Origin: Octopus vulgaris
Taxonomy: Eukaryota
DNA: 64,000 nucleotides
NCBI GenBank assembly: GCA_951406725.2
Contig: OX597818.1
Coordinates: 30,256,001-30,320,000 of the forward strand
Direction: 5' to 3'
Position numbers and translations under genes: made by a program. Positions 12,737 to 24,909 of the stretch are shown here, in pieces; positions within the stretch are counted from its first letter, which is position 1, and every line of letters starts with the position of its first letter. Under the pieces are notes generated by a model. That model did no database searches, was not told where the DNA came from, and was given only the letters and a program-made list of their open reading frames with translations.

Positions 12737-14325
12737 AGACCTGGTAGAAACAGCAGCCAAATCTCCCTCAAATCACACCTTACTGTCTTATGTATGTATA
12801 TATATATGAGCCAATGAGGGGGACCTCTACATGGTAGCTAGACCTGGTAGAAATAACAGCCAAATTTCCCCCAAATCACACCTTACTGTCTTATCTATGT
12901 ATATATGTATGTATGAGCCTATGAGGGAGACCCCTACATGGCAGCTAGACCTGGTAGAAATAGCAGCCAAATTTCCCCAAATCACACCTTACTGTCTTAT
13001 CTCTTATTATAAAAGGCAGATTTTATCTGCCTCCCTTTGGGAGTTATACAAATCTACAATATAGGATTTCTTCAATTACAATTTACCTGGCAATTTTAAG
13101 AGTACAATGCATCGCGTCATGCCAGGTCCAGTTTTTAAAATTTAAACTCCAATTAAGCAAAATTTACAGAAAACTCACATTCTGGTGTGTGTGTCAAATG
13201 CTTTTCTTAGTCTGGTTTACAGCACACGCAAACGCACACACACACAAAGGGAGCGAATTGTTTCACTGACGCTATCACCCTTCTCCACCTTTGTCTTTGC
13301 AAGTTTGCAGCTATTAAAGTGAAAACAGTGAATCCGACAGCGATAAAGAAAACGAATTGGTACCTGAATGGAGTGAAAATTTAAAAACTGTTTCTTTCGG
13401 TGAGTTTTCTGAAGAAACTGGACCAAGACCACAGACTTTCCCAGAAGAGTAAAGCCTTAGACTATTTCTATTTACTTTTCGAATGAGCCTATTTGAAATC
13501 ATTACGCTAAACGTAAACAAACCGAAAGAAAGGATAGTTTGTTATTTCCCACAATCTTAAATGAAATTAAGGCCTATTTTGCCATAAATATTATTATGGG
13601 TATCAGAAAGTTACCCAGAATAACAAATTCTATCGTAAAATGTTGTTGTATACCCAATTGAATATTAGCTAATAACCCATTTTCTATAGCGATGTTTGAA
13701 CAAAATTTTAATAATTTTACAGAAAGTTACCCAGAATAACAAATTCTATCGTAAAATTTTGTTGTATACCCAATTGAATATTAGCTAATAACCCATTTTC
13801 TATAGCGATGTTTGAACAAAATTTTAATAATTTTACAGAAAGTTACCCAGAATAACAAACGAGCCCTTCTGGGTATTAGCGCGCGTCTACGATGAGTCTA
13901 CGATTTAAAAAAATTACCATCATATTTTTCCATTTTAATGCATTTTTTTCGCTTTTATATAAGCTCTCTAAAAATATCTACGATGTGTCAACGATTTAAA
14001 GAAAAATTTACCTTAATTTTTTTCAATTTTTAATGCATTTTTTTGCTACTTTTTGGCTATAACTCTCTAAAAATGCTTATATAGTTATTTCCAAAACCCG
14101 AGCAACGCCGGGCGATACTCTAGTCTATGTATATATGTATGTATGAGCCTATGAGGAGACCCCTACATGGCAGCTAGACCTGGTAGAAATAGCAGCCAAA
14201 TTTCCCCCAAATCACACCTTACTGTCTTATCTATGTATATATGTATGTATGAGCCTGCTACATGGCAGCTAGACATGGTAGAAATAGCAGCCAAATCTCC
14301 CTCAAATCACACCTTACTGTCTTAT
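12737..14325 (+). repeat. ~105-bp tandem repeat (5 units) interrupted by a Helitron
   Basis: Unit CCTACATGG(C/T)AGCTAGACCTGGTAGAAATAGCAGCCAAAT..CCC.AAATCACACCTTACTGTCTTATCTATGTATATATG at ~12737 (partial), 12826, 12931, 14160 and 14258. Confidence 0.85.
13000..14123 (+). mobile_element. Non-autonomous Helitron with captured piggyBac fragment and internal 117-bp tandem duplication
   Basis: A|TCTCTTATTATAAAA at 13000 and CCCGAGCAACGCCGGG...CTAG|T ending 14123. Removing it restores the host repeat unit ACTGTCTTA^TCTATGT exactly (AT target, no TSD). Confidence 0.9.
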
Positions 14326-14586
14326 CTTTCTGCTACTTGGATATAGGTGTTATATTCGTCGTAAAAAAACTTTCCTGTCACACACTCACGCACACACACA
14401 CACACACACGCACCCTCACACACACACACACGCGCACACCCACACACACCCACTCACACACACGCACGTTAGCTTACAATTTTATTTATATATTTGCATG
14501 TCTGTGTGGAAAGAGGAAGTGGGAGGCAGAGTGAAAGAATCACTCACTACAGTAAGGCAATTACTTTCATTTTATTCGTTGCCCAC

Positions 14587-14830
14587 TGTGTGTGTGCGTT
14601 TGCGTGTGCTGTAAACCAGACTAAGAAAAGCATTTGACACACACACCAGAATGTGAGTTTTCTGTAAATTTTGCTTAACTGGAGTTTAAATTTTAAAAAC
14701 TGGACCTGGCATGACGCGATGCATTGTACTCTTAAAATGCAAGGTAAATTGTAATTGAAGAAATCCTATATTGTAGATTTGTATAACTCCCAAAGGGAGG
14801 CAGATAAAATCTGCCTTTTATAATAAGAGA
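14587..14830 (-). mobile_element. Inverted copy of the Helitron 5' end (13000-13250)
   Basis: Near-identical reverse complement of 13000-13245, starting A|TC at 14830. Confidence 0.85.
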
Positions 14831-15345
14831 TATACATACATATACATGTACGCACAAATATACTCACACATACATATACATACATACATACATATATACA
14901 CATACACGCATATACATATATATATATTCATTCAAACAACACACACTCATACATACAGACACAATACACATATTCACCTATACATACAAAGCTCTATATA
15001 CACACAGAAATAGGGTTACAATCGCATGTACTTATATGTGCTCCCACACATATGCATAGATACACACATACATGTATACATACATATATAAATCTGCACA
15101 CACAGCATACATGCATATATTCATACATGCATACATGCACTCAAAAGTATATACAGATACCTACCTGGAAAAAGGTTAATTGCAAACTAGTTAGGATGGG
15201 AAGAACCAGGGCATATAGCGCAATGTGGGGATATGGCAAACATTATATGGTGACCATGTATAGGAAGGTGTTAATAATACAAATATTATTATTATGATAT
15301 AAAAAAGGAGGGATACTAGTGCTAGTGGGAATTAAATAACTAGTA

Positions 15346-18300
15346 CTAATGGTATTTAGAAAAGGTGTGCTTGGTCTTGTGAAGGTAGGAAACGTTTCTC
15401 TCCTTAAGAGAATTTACAAGTAGAAAGTTGGCTTTAATCATGAAGAAAATTTTATTTACACATAACATACACTTCCTATTCTTTGTACTATATGCCAGTG
15501 CTGTAATTAAGATCTTCCAATGTAGGCTATAATCAATTCCCTTATCCTTAAGTTCCCATATGTAATTGCTCAATCCCATTAAATTTCTCCTATTTCTGTT
15601 TCTAAAGGTATTATTCCGGGTTGCTCCTCCATATACCATATTACCAGATTGCATACTTACTACACATTGATATACTACTTCCTTTCTAATGCAATTATTA
15701 TTGAATACACAATTCCTGCTAATTCTACAATTGCAGGTTCTATATAGCTGTGTGGGGGTAATATTGTGAGTAGCATTAAGTATTGCATTAATTGTGCTGT
15801 GGCTATTGATTGATTGATTGATTCTAGTTTCAGCTTATGAGCTGTGGCCATGCTGGGGCACCGCCATTATTGTTGATACTAATAATGATATTGTTGTTGT
15901 TACTATTGCTGTTGTTTGTATCACTATTATTATTATCATTATTATTGATTTTAATATTATTATTATTATTATTTCTATTGTTGTTATTGTTATTATTATT
16001 ATTATCACCAACACCACTATTACTATTATTATTACCATCATTACTATTAATATTGTTGTGGCTATTGTTATTACTAGAGTGCATATTACTGTTGTTATTT
16101 TTTTCTACTTAAATAGGTGTCTAGTTTTCTATTGTTTATTGAGGAGATGATGGTAGCCTGGTTATGTGTTAAACTGTATCCTATTCTTATTGTTTTATTG
16201 TTAATTATCTCACAGTATTTGTTTTTTTCCTGTTATAAAATGTTTGTTAATTAATCTAAATATTGTTTTAACTATGTTATTATTAATTTTCATAGCGAAT
16301 GAGATGATTAACCAGACAGTGTCATTTTCATTATTTCCGTGATTGGGGTTTTTTTTATGTTATGTGTGTTATTACTGTTTTTATTATTATTATTATTATT
16401 ATTATTGTTGTTGTTGTTGTTTTTATTATTTATGGGTTGTTTTTTCATATTTCCAATGCTTCTATTGTTATTTTTGTATATCTATGGTAGCGTTGTAGTT
16501 GTCACAATTACTGGGGCTGGTAGTAGTTGCCCTATCAGGGCTTTTATAGTTGTTGTGCTTCCGTTTACTCCTATTTCCGTGTTTACTGTTAGGATTTATA
16601 GATATGTTATCTATTTTCTTATTATCCTTATTATTGCTGCTATTACATCTATTATTATTATTCAGTAGTTTTATTTTTATAACCTGCTTTCACTTCACTA
16701 CCGAGCGCAGCACTGTGTGCCTTGGGTATGTTCTGTGATTTGTTGTGATGCTCTGATGGTTACTGTATTGAAAGTGTTCTGCGTAGGATGTGTGCAGTGC
16801 CTAGTAGTGCAATTTTCTGTATGTTATATGTGTTTGTAAGTCCTGGTGTTTTTGTTATGTATTTGTCTGAATATTTTTTTATCATGCCTAATGCACCTAC
16901 TATGATAGGAATTGTTTCTGTTTTTAGATTCCACATTCTGGTTACCTCTATTTCCAGGTCTTTGTATTTTGAAAGTTTCTCCATTTCTTTTAGAGACATG
17001 TTGTCATCTGTTGGTATTGATACATCAATTAGAAAATATTTTTATTCTTCATGATCTCTGACACTATATCTGGTCTGTTGGCCTTAATTTCTCTATGTGT
17101 GTGTATTGGCATATCCCAGAGTATGGTTGCTTTCTCGTTTTCTGTGAACTTTTCTGTTGTGTGCCTATACCATCTTTTTTCTGTTGTTATTCCATAATGT
17201 TGGCATAGCTTCCAGTGTATGTAGGTCCCAACTCTGTTGTGTCTGTGAATATATTCGTTCTTAGCCAGGACTGGGCAGCCAGAGATAATATGATTTATTG
17301 TTTCTTGTCCATCTCCACATATTCTGCAGTTACTTGTTATATTTCTTTTCATTACATGTTTTTGGTAATTTCTGGTGGGGAGGCTTTGGTCTTGTGCTGC
17401 TGCAATTAAAAATCCCTCTGTCTCTGCTTTGAGTCCTGAGCTTCTCAACCATTGCTGGGATTATTATTATTATTGTTATTATTATTATTATTACTTGGGT
17501 TAAAGGCATTATTATAGTTCCCGGTATTAGTCATATCCCTATTAATGTCTATATCATTATTCTTATTACTATTATTGTTTCTAGGAAAGTATTTAATTTT
17601 GTCCTTATATCCTGCATTTTTTAGTGATTTGTTGTACCTATTCTTATGTTTATCAAAGATCTCTTCATTAGAGAAAAGGTTTGAGATCCTTTTACTTATA
17701 TTTCATAATAGGGCTCTTTTTATTTGCTGGGGATGGTTACTGGAACTATTTATATATCTTAAGGTAGAATTTTCTTTCATATAACGCTCATGGAGTCCAG
17801 TCTTTAAGTTGCAATTTACATCTAAATAGTTGATTGAGTAGTTTTCATTTTCTATAGTTATGGATAGGCCAGACCTATTAAAGAATATATGTAATTGTTT
17901 CTTAAGTAATTCAAGGCATTTATTTAAATAGTTCCTAACTAAAAATAGTGCGTCATCCCTATATACAACTCCACTCAGTTCTGGGAATTCTCTACTTATA
18001 TTATCCAAGATGTATAATCCTACTAGGTCCATCACTTCTGCTGAGTCTGGCGAGCCCATTGTGATATGAAAGAGGTTCGGTGTATCTTTCCTAGCCCATA
18101 GTTATCAAATTCGATAACAGTCTTTCAGGCAGTAAGTATCACGTTTATCTCCCTCACACTTAGGTTAGTATATCTCCTGGCGAAAATGAGAGCACTGTTA
18201 AGAACAATAGGGTTTATAGAGGAGTAGTAGTTCTGTATATCGATTTGTAAGAATTTTTGGCTACATCTATTTTCTATCTCTATATTGGAGAAACAATCTA

Positions 18301-18830
18301 GTGCACCTTGGGCATTACTCCATAGTTCTAGTTTAACTTTGTTTTTTAGCATTGGTAAATATTTATCTAAAATTACTTTACTAAGCTTACCTATGTCAGA
18401 TTTATTAGGACATGTTAGTCTAACCTGTGTTCTATTTAGGAAGTTGTCCTTATGGTCCTTAATTCTTATGCAGGGTCTAATTGGTGTAAATGGCTTCGTC
18501 TTATCTCCTAAATTAAAATCCAACATTATATTTCTGGCTTCTAAGTTTATCTTCTTTAGTGTGCTATTTGGGACTATCTTATACTTTTTCGGGATTTCCC
18601 TATGGATGAGTTTGTGGCATGTGTTGGAGTCAATATTGTAGATGTTTCTAGTTTTGTCCAAATGCATTAGAATTCTATTTTTGGTATCTAAATTTCGTAT
18701 CAGGTCTTTCAACTTTCTCTGGTATGGGTTGTGTCTGAGGGGGTGGTTCTTGAACTTGATGTTTTTAATAGTAGACCATAGTTCTTGTTAGAAATTATCC
18801 AGAAGCTTGTTAGTTGGTGGTGCACTTCTG
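15346..18830 (-). mobile_element. Penelope-like retroelement (Naiad-like): RT, Asn-rich linker, Cys-rich motif, GIY-YIG endonuclease; disrupted by stop/frameshift and nested insertions
   Basis: RT motifs: IKDHKDNF, RLTCPNKSDIGKLSK, QIDIQNYYSSI, TMGSPDSAEVMDLVGLYIL, YRDD, YLDV, YINSSSNHP. C-terminus reads CNCRISRNCVFNNNCIRKEVVYQC...VYGGAT...LSNYIWELK...CMLC. Confidence 0.88.
16663..17460 (-). mobile_element. 5'-truncated R4/Dong-type non-LTR retrotransposon (zinc knuckle plus RLE endonuclease)
   Basis: QDQSLPTRNY, CRICG..ETINHIISGC, RHNRVG, ILWD, NRPDI, EKLSKYKDL and PIIVGALG. (TAA)n lies on both sides. Confidence 0.88.
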
Positions 18831-19558
18831 GATTGGGGGACACAAACACAGACACACAAACAAACATATACACATACACACACATATACATATATGTACA
18901 CATATATACAATGGGCTTCTTTCAGTTTCCGTCTACCAAATCCACTCGAGGCTTTGGTTGGAAGACACTTGCCCAAAGTGTCACGCAGTGGGACTGAACC
19001 CAGAACCATGTGGTTTGTAAGCAAGCTACTTACCACACAGCCACTCCTACACCTAATTTGAGAAAGTTAAATCCACATTAGAGATTATATAATCCAAAAT
19101 GTCCCACTGGTTAATCACTATCATAGTGCAAAGGTCTCTACAGCATAGCTGTGTGGAAAGAAGCTTGCTTCCCAATGACATGGTTCTAGGTTCAATCTCA
19201 CTGCATGGCACCTTGGGCAAGTGTCTTCTACTATAGTCTGAGGCCAACCAAAGCCTTGTGAGCGATATGGTAGATAGAAACTGAAAGAAGCCTGTCAATT
19301 TGTTTGACTAAAGGCAGTGCTCCAGCCTGGCCACAGTCAAATGACTTAAGCAAGTAAAAAATAAAAGAATAAAAAAAATATGTTAAAGATTATTGTAGTA
19401 ATACATATTATTAATATTGAAAGAGAGAAAATGGAGAAAAATGGATATACGAATAATTTATTTGTATGATATAAAGATGTTGAAATCTTATAAAAACATG
19501 ACAATACAAATAAATTATAAGTTGTAATGTTCAAAAAGAAAATGAGAGATGTGAAAAA

Positions 19559-19673
19559 AACCTACATATATGTTTCGGTTCTAGCCACTAGTTGATATGC
19601 AATTCTAAGCATTTGGTTATATACTACGAAAGGTATCATTTTTAACTATATGGGGCAGAACTTCTTCAGGGTT
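19559..19673 (-). ncRNA. Type I hammerhead ribozyme motif (left arm)
   Basis: AACC-CUGAAGA-AGUUCUG...UAGAACC-GAAA-CAUAUAUG-UA^GGUU. Predicted cut between 19563 and 19562. Confidence 0.75.
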
Positions 19674-19735
19674 ATAGAATTATGGTTAACATTTTCTTTG
19701 AAAGATGCATGCAGAATATTCTATAAGCTCATAAT

Positions 19736-19850
19736 AACCCTGAAGAAGTTCTGCCCCATATAGTTAAAAATGATATCTTTCTTAGCATATAACCAAATGC
19801 TTAGAATTGCATATCAACTTATGGCCAGAACTGAAACATATATGTAGGTT
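19736..19850 (+). ncRNA. Type I hammerhead ribozyme motif (right arm)
   Basis: Stem I AACC/GGUU, core CUGAAGA 19740-19746, stem II AGUUCUG/CAGAACU, GAAA 19833-19836, palindromic stem III ACAUAUAUGU. Predicted cut after GUA at 19846. Confidence 0.82.
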
Positions 19851-20032
19851 TTGGCACATCTTCCATTTTCTTTTGAGCTTTACAGCTTATCATTTATGTA
19901 TTATGTTTTTAAAAATTTCAGCATTCTTATATCATACAAATAAATCATTCGTACATTCATTTTTCTTTATTTTCTTTCTTTCAATCTCTCTATATATATA
20001 CATGCACATAATATATATATATATATGTATGT

Positions 20033-20066
<34 letters not shown>

Positions 20067-20171
20067 GCATGCATGCATGCATGTATGTATGTATGTATGT
20101 ATGTATGTATGTATGTATGTATGTATGTATGTATGTATGTATGTATGTATCTATATATATTACATATATAC

Positions 20172-20620
20172 TCTTTTACTTGTTCCAGTCATTTCACTGT
20201 GGCCATGCTGGAGCACCACCTTTAGTCAAACAAATCAACCCCAGGACTTATTCGTTGTAAGCCTAGTACTTATTCTATCAGTCTCTTTTGCTGAACTGCT
20301 ATGTTTTGGAGACATAAACACACCAACATCGGTTGTCAAGCAATGGTGGGGTACACACACAGACACAAAGACATGCACACATAAATAGAAATGCACACAC
20401 ACACGCACACACACACACTCACTCACACGCACACACATATAGACACACATACACACATGACAAGCCTCTTTCAGTTTCCATCTAACAAATCCACTCACAA
20501 GGCTTTGGTTGGCCCAAGGCTATAGAAGAAAACACTTGTCCAAGTTGCCACACAGTAGAACTGAACCCAGAACCATGTGGCTGGAAGCAAGCTTCATTCC
20601 ATGCCTCACAGCCACTCCTG
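20172..20620 (-). mobile_element. tRNA-derived SINE (family of 36265-36672)
   Basis: Reverse complement of the 36265 family, including the internal (TG)n tract. Further copies or fragments at 12430-12670, 18830-19030, 19143-19375 and 20900-21065. Confidence 0.8.
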
Positions 20621-22579
20621 TAGGTATGTATATATATATATATACACAGCCACTCCTGTATGTATATATATGTATATCAGTGCAGGTGGCACGTAAAAAG
20701 CACCCACTACACTCACGGAGTGGTTGGTGTTAGGAAGGGCATCCAGCTGTAGAAACATTGCCAGATAAGACCGGAGCCTGGTGCAGCCTTCTGGCTTCCC
20801 AGATCCCCGGTCGAACCGTCCAACCCATGCTAGCATAGAACGGACGTTAAACGATGATGATAATGATGATGATATATATATATATACATGCATACACAGT
20901 AAGCTTCCTCACAGTTTCTGTCAATCAGATTCATGTACAAAGTATTGGTTGGTTTGGGGATATAGCAGAAGACACTTGCTCAAGATGGGTGCTACACTGT
21001 AGGATTGAACTTGAAACCATGTGATTACAAAAGGAGCTTCTTAACTACACTGCCATACATGCACCAAGATTATAAACAATTCTGAAGTTGTAATGTAGAT
21101 GTTATTGTTTGATCTCAGATCATCTCTATTCAAGCAGTGTTATGATCAAAGGCATTCCTGTCTTGACTATCCCATATTTTTTTCAAGCACAGAGTCCCTG
21201 AACCCCATTATTCAGTTTGTCCTTTATTTATTTTAAGGAAGTAAAGAAAGTTTAAGAGAGACTTGTCTGCTAGTTCTTAGAGATAAAGTGATCACAGAAT
21301 TTCCCACTTTGGCTTGTAAAGTTGTAATTAAATAAAGTGGTAATAGTGAACTGTTTAATTATTGGTGAACTGAATTCATGCTTATGCTTAAATTCATGAT
21401 TTTACATTCTTGTCCCTGAAGTTGATAACCACCTTCAGAAATATAAACATCCCATTTTGTGTCCAGTACATTTGGGGCCCCTTATGTAATAGAGCATTAT
21501 TATTAAATCCTTTAATTAATTAATAAGGGTGGAAGCAGATAAGGAACTAATCAATTTTCCAAAATAAATCATCAAAGTTAATCTGCAGACTCCTTATTTA
21601 ATGTAATTTCAATATATTTGTTATTGTAAACTTGGATTTACTGTTCATATATTAGAACTCTATGTCTACCTCTCTCTCTCTTCTTCCTTCTATATCTCCT
21701 GAATCAAAACAGATTATGCATAATTAATTATATTTAAGTGTAATTATGGATCCCAGGTTATTAAGTATGCTTCATCACACACTTTGTTCTTTATAGGTTA
21801 TTGCTATAGTTACAGACATCTCTACTTCATAATTATTTTTCCATACCTGTCTACTTGGTTGTTTCATTGTTTCTTGATAGCATTTCAGTGATCATGAATA
21901 TTTAAATGATTATGATTCTTCATATGAAAGGATGCAAAATTAATTGAAATTAATTATTAACCCATTTGATAATACATTTTGTCAGTCATATGATGAGTGA
22001 TATGGAATAAGAGGTAAGCTCCTGTCCAGCAAACTGAGTCTACAGTATGGTTTTCATTCCTACAGTTTGTTATTTACTTCATTTATGCTGTCAGTGCTAT
22101 ATGACAAGAAATAAACATCATAATATTATTTCTTGTTCCTTTATGTCAAAGGGCTCATAACCCATTGATGGATATTTCTGATCAGGAAAAATGAAAGTAC
22201 ACTACCTTTTTGTTTTTATTTTTTTTATACTCCTTTTATCTATTTATTTATTTATTTATTTTTTTTTTTACTATTAGTATTTTCTGACATTCTCTTCTTT
22301 CTGAAAGGTAGTATACAACTTAAGATATGTTGTGCATATTCTTTCATCATTGATCCTTATCCTGTTTAAAGAGATTGAAAGGGATTGCAATTTGAAACAT
22401 TTTCATGTGACTTGTTAGAGAAAAGGGAAATTAGTTTTTCATGCATCACTAGATGTGGTCTCTATCCAGTTACTATGCCACAGACTTGAACTTGAAGTAT
22501 CAATTAAGTTCTCATTCATGTGACATTAACCATGACTACTTCACTTCTGTTTTTTTTTTTAAATGAAGAGCAGTGCTCA

Positions 22580-22870
22580 GTGATCCACTTTCTGAAGGTT
22601 GAAAATATATCAAGAGCCATTCAACATGGTATGGAAACAATTTATTTCTACTGTGAACTATCAATGAATGAACTGAAAAATTCAAGAATCGCTACATAAG
22701 TATTATGCACCAAAAAGAAGCTGAACACCCAAACATGTCTTGTATTGATGATAATACTAAAGAACTTAGTGATGTGGTTTTGTTGAATAGCTGGGTGATT
22801 ATTAATTAGGTGGCAGATAATATGCAAATTAGTTATGAAATTGACTATGAAATCATTTATGGCATATTAT
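22580..22870 (+). mobile_element. Degenerate mariner transposase N-terminal fragment
   Basis: Broken frames resemble IH.RLK..YG, EKFKN..TS and VA..MQIS..EII of the mariner HTH region. Confidence 0.4.
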
Positions 22871-23664
22871 GCCATCATTAACAAAATAATGAACTTAATA
22901 AACATCTGGTATCCAGACTTGTACTATAATGACTATAGGTAGGACACTTTAATGATGGATATACAACTTATTTCTTTTCCAATCAGAAAAGATTACAAAA
23001 ATGTTGCAAATAATTAATGATTTACCCTTGTTAATATTTAATTTTTAAAATGAGTGTGATTTTACTGTAGCTTCATCTAACTTTTGTGTATCTCTGCACT
23101 CTGTAATTGTAACAGTTTAAAACTTCATCCATGTGAAATAATGTGTGTTCATTTGGAAAAAGAAAACTTAATTTAGTAATAAAATGGATATTCTAATTGA
23201 TTTTCTGGCTAAATTCAATGCATATTTTATGACTTGATTCATTTAAATTCTTATGGTAATAAAAGGAACTAATAAAACAAAATTTTAATTACCACATTAT
23301 AAACTAGTATAAATAAAATTATATTATAAATAACCTTTTGATCAATTTTATTCATCTGCAGTGATATAAATTTCCAACATTGGCACATTGCCACAACTTT
23401 GACATAGTGTCATTCATCAAATCTAGTAACATATGGTTCTTTTTTCATCATCTTGGAAAGGATAAAAGGAATGATGTTCTTTTCGTTCTTATATAACTGA
23501 GAAGCATAAAAACACTACATGGCTTTTAATCTAGCAGTCTACCATTTTTGCCTTTTATTTCTTGTAAAATAAATATCAAGCTCACTTAAAGGCTTTTTGT
23601 TGAACCATAACACATTTGGGTTAGAAGAGTTATGTTTGTTTGTTTTTTCACAATGCCCTCTTTA

Positions 23665-24909
23665 TGATTGTTAGCTGACCAAGTTCCTAGGCTGACCAAG
23701 ATACTCTCATGGAAAGTGACCAAATGAGGTTTATTTTTCATCATAGTATCCCTTATGGTCCACACACTTCTTCCATCAGTGTTGTAGTACTTGGATCCCA
23801 TTACTGAAGAAGCTTTCGTCCTGTTGGTCAAAAAAAGTCATCACCAGCAGATATGACATCATCATCACTGCAATACTGATTCCCAGCCAGGTGTTGGGGA
23901 ACAGATGATCGTCAGATGGGGCCAAACCAGGAGTATAAGGATGGTGATCAACCAACTCAAAGCTACAGTCATGCACTGCGGCCATTGAAAGGCAGGACTT
24001 GTGTGCTGGAGTATTGTTGTGATGAAACGAGATCCGTTTCGTCAGTTTTCCTGAGCATTTGGTCGTAATAGCTTTTCATAATTGCCTCGGCAAGTTGGCA
24101 CAGTACTTTCCATTGTTGGTGTGGACCTTTTGAAGATAGTCGATAAACACAATTCCTTTTGCTTAAAAAAAAACTGGGGCTATCACCTTCCTTGCAGATG
24201 AAATGACTTTGACCTTCTTTGGAATAGGTGAGGAGGATTGTTTCCACTGCATGGACTGTCTCTTTGTCTCTAGTTCAAAGTGATGAGCCCAACATTCATC
24301 TTAGAGGGAAGCATTCAAGGAAGCCAGCTGGATCTGCCTTAAACAATATCAGATTTTCTCTTTTTGTGATCAGCATGAGGCACTTTTGATCGGGTGTAAG
24401 AAGATGCAGCACCCACCAAACTGAAATGTTTGTCATGCCAAGTTCATTGTGCTGAATATTCTCAACTCTCTCATGGAATATGCTAACAGCATTAGCTATT
24501 TGATTTATAGTCAATCGCCTGTCATCCATCACCATGTGGTGAATATGTTCAATATTTTCCTCAGTGGTGGCAGTTGCAAGACATCCAGACCTTGGGTCAT
24601 CTTCAAGACTCTCCATTCCCCTCCTAAATTCAGCTGGGGTGTCATCCCCTAATGTAGCAACCTCATCAGCCTGAATGCCCTTGGGGGCTAAACCATTTTT
24701 CTGCAGGTACTTGATAACACCATGATGCTGAAATGTGTCCATTTTCAAGAGAAGTCACTACTAGTTACTTTTAAGTGTTCTTTGAACAGTCAAATATGAG
24801 TTTACCTGGAAAGAAACAATGCAGTTATTAATAATAAGAATTGAAATTAATGCATGCAAAATTTCACACTCCTTCATTGTCAACCTATTAACTTTTTAGC
24901 CCAGCCTCA
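23665..24909 (-). mobile_element. Decayed full-length mariner transposon
   Basis: SLEDDPRSG, DRRLTINQIA, WVLHLL (WVPHEL motif) and HHPYTPGLAPSDDHLFP (YSPDLAPSD motif). Diverged TIRs at ~23665-23698 and ~24878-24909. Confidence 0.88.

Larger units (their letters stand above)
19409..19985. mobile_element. Fold-back element of two inverted PLE-type terminal repeats, each with a hammerhead
   Basis: Arms ~19409-19675 and ~19734-19985 are diverged reverse complements around a ~58-nt spacer. Confidence 0.8.

Noticed and set aside
18125-18127. In-frame TGA in the Naiad-like RT as possible selenocysteine (some Naiad PLEs encode selenoproteins)
   Set aside because: The TGA falls where Arg is expected (A-R-K), is followed by a frameshift, the Cys codons in the C-terminal motif are ordinary TGY, and no SECIS was seen. 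A nonsense mutation is more likely.
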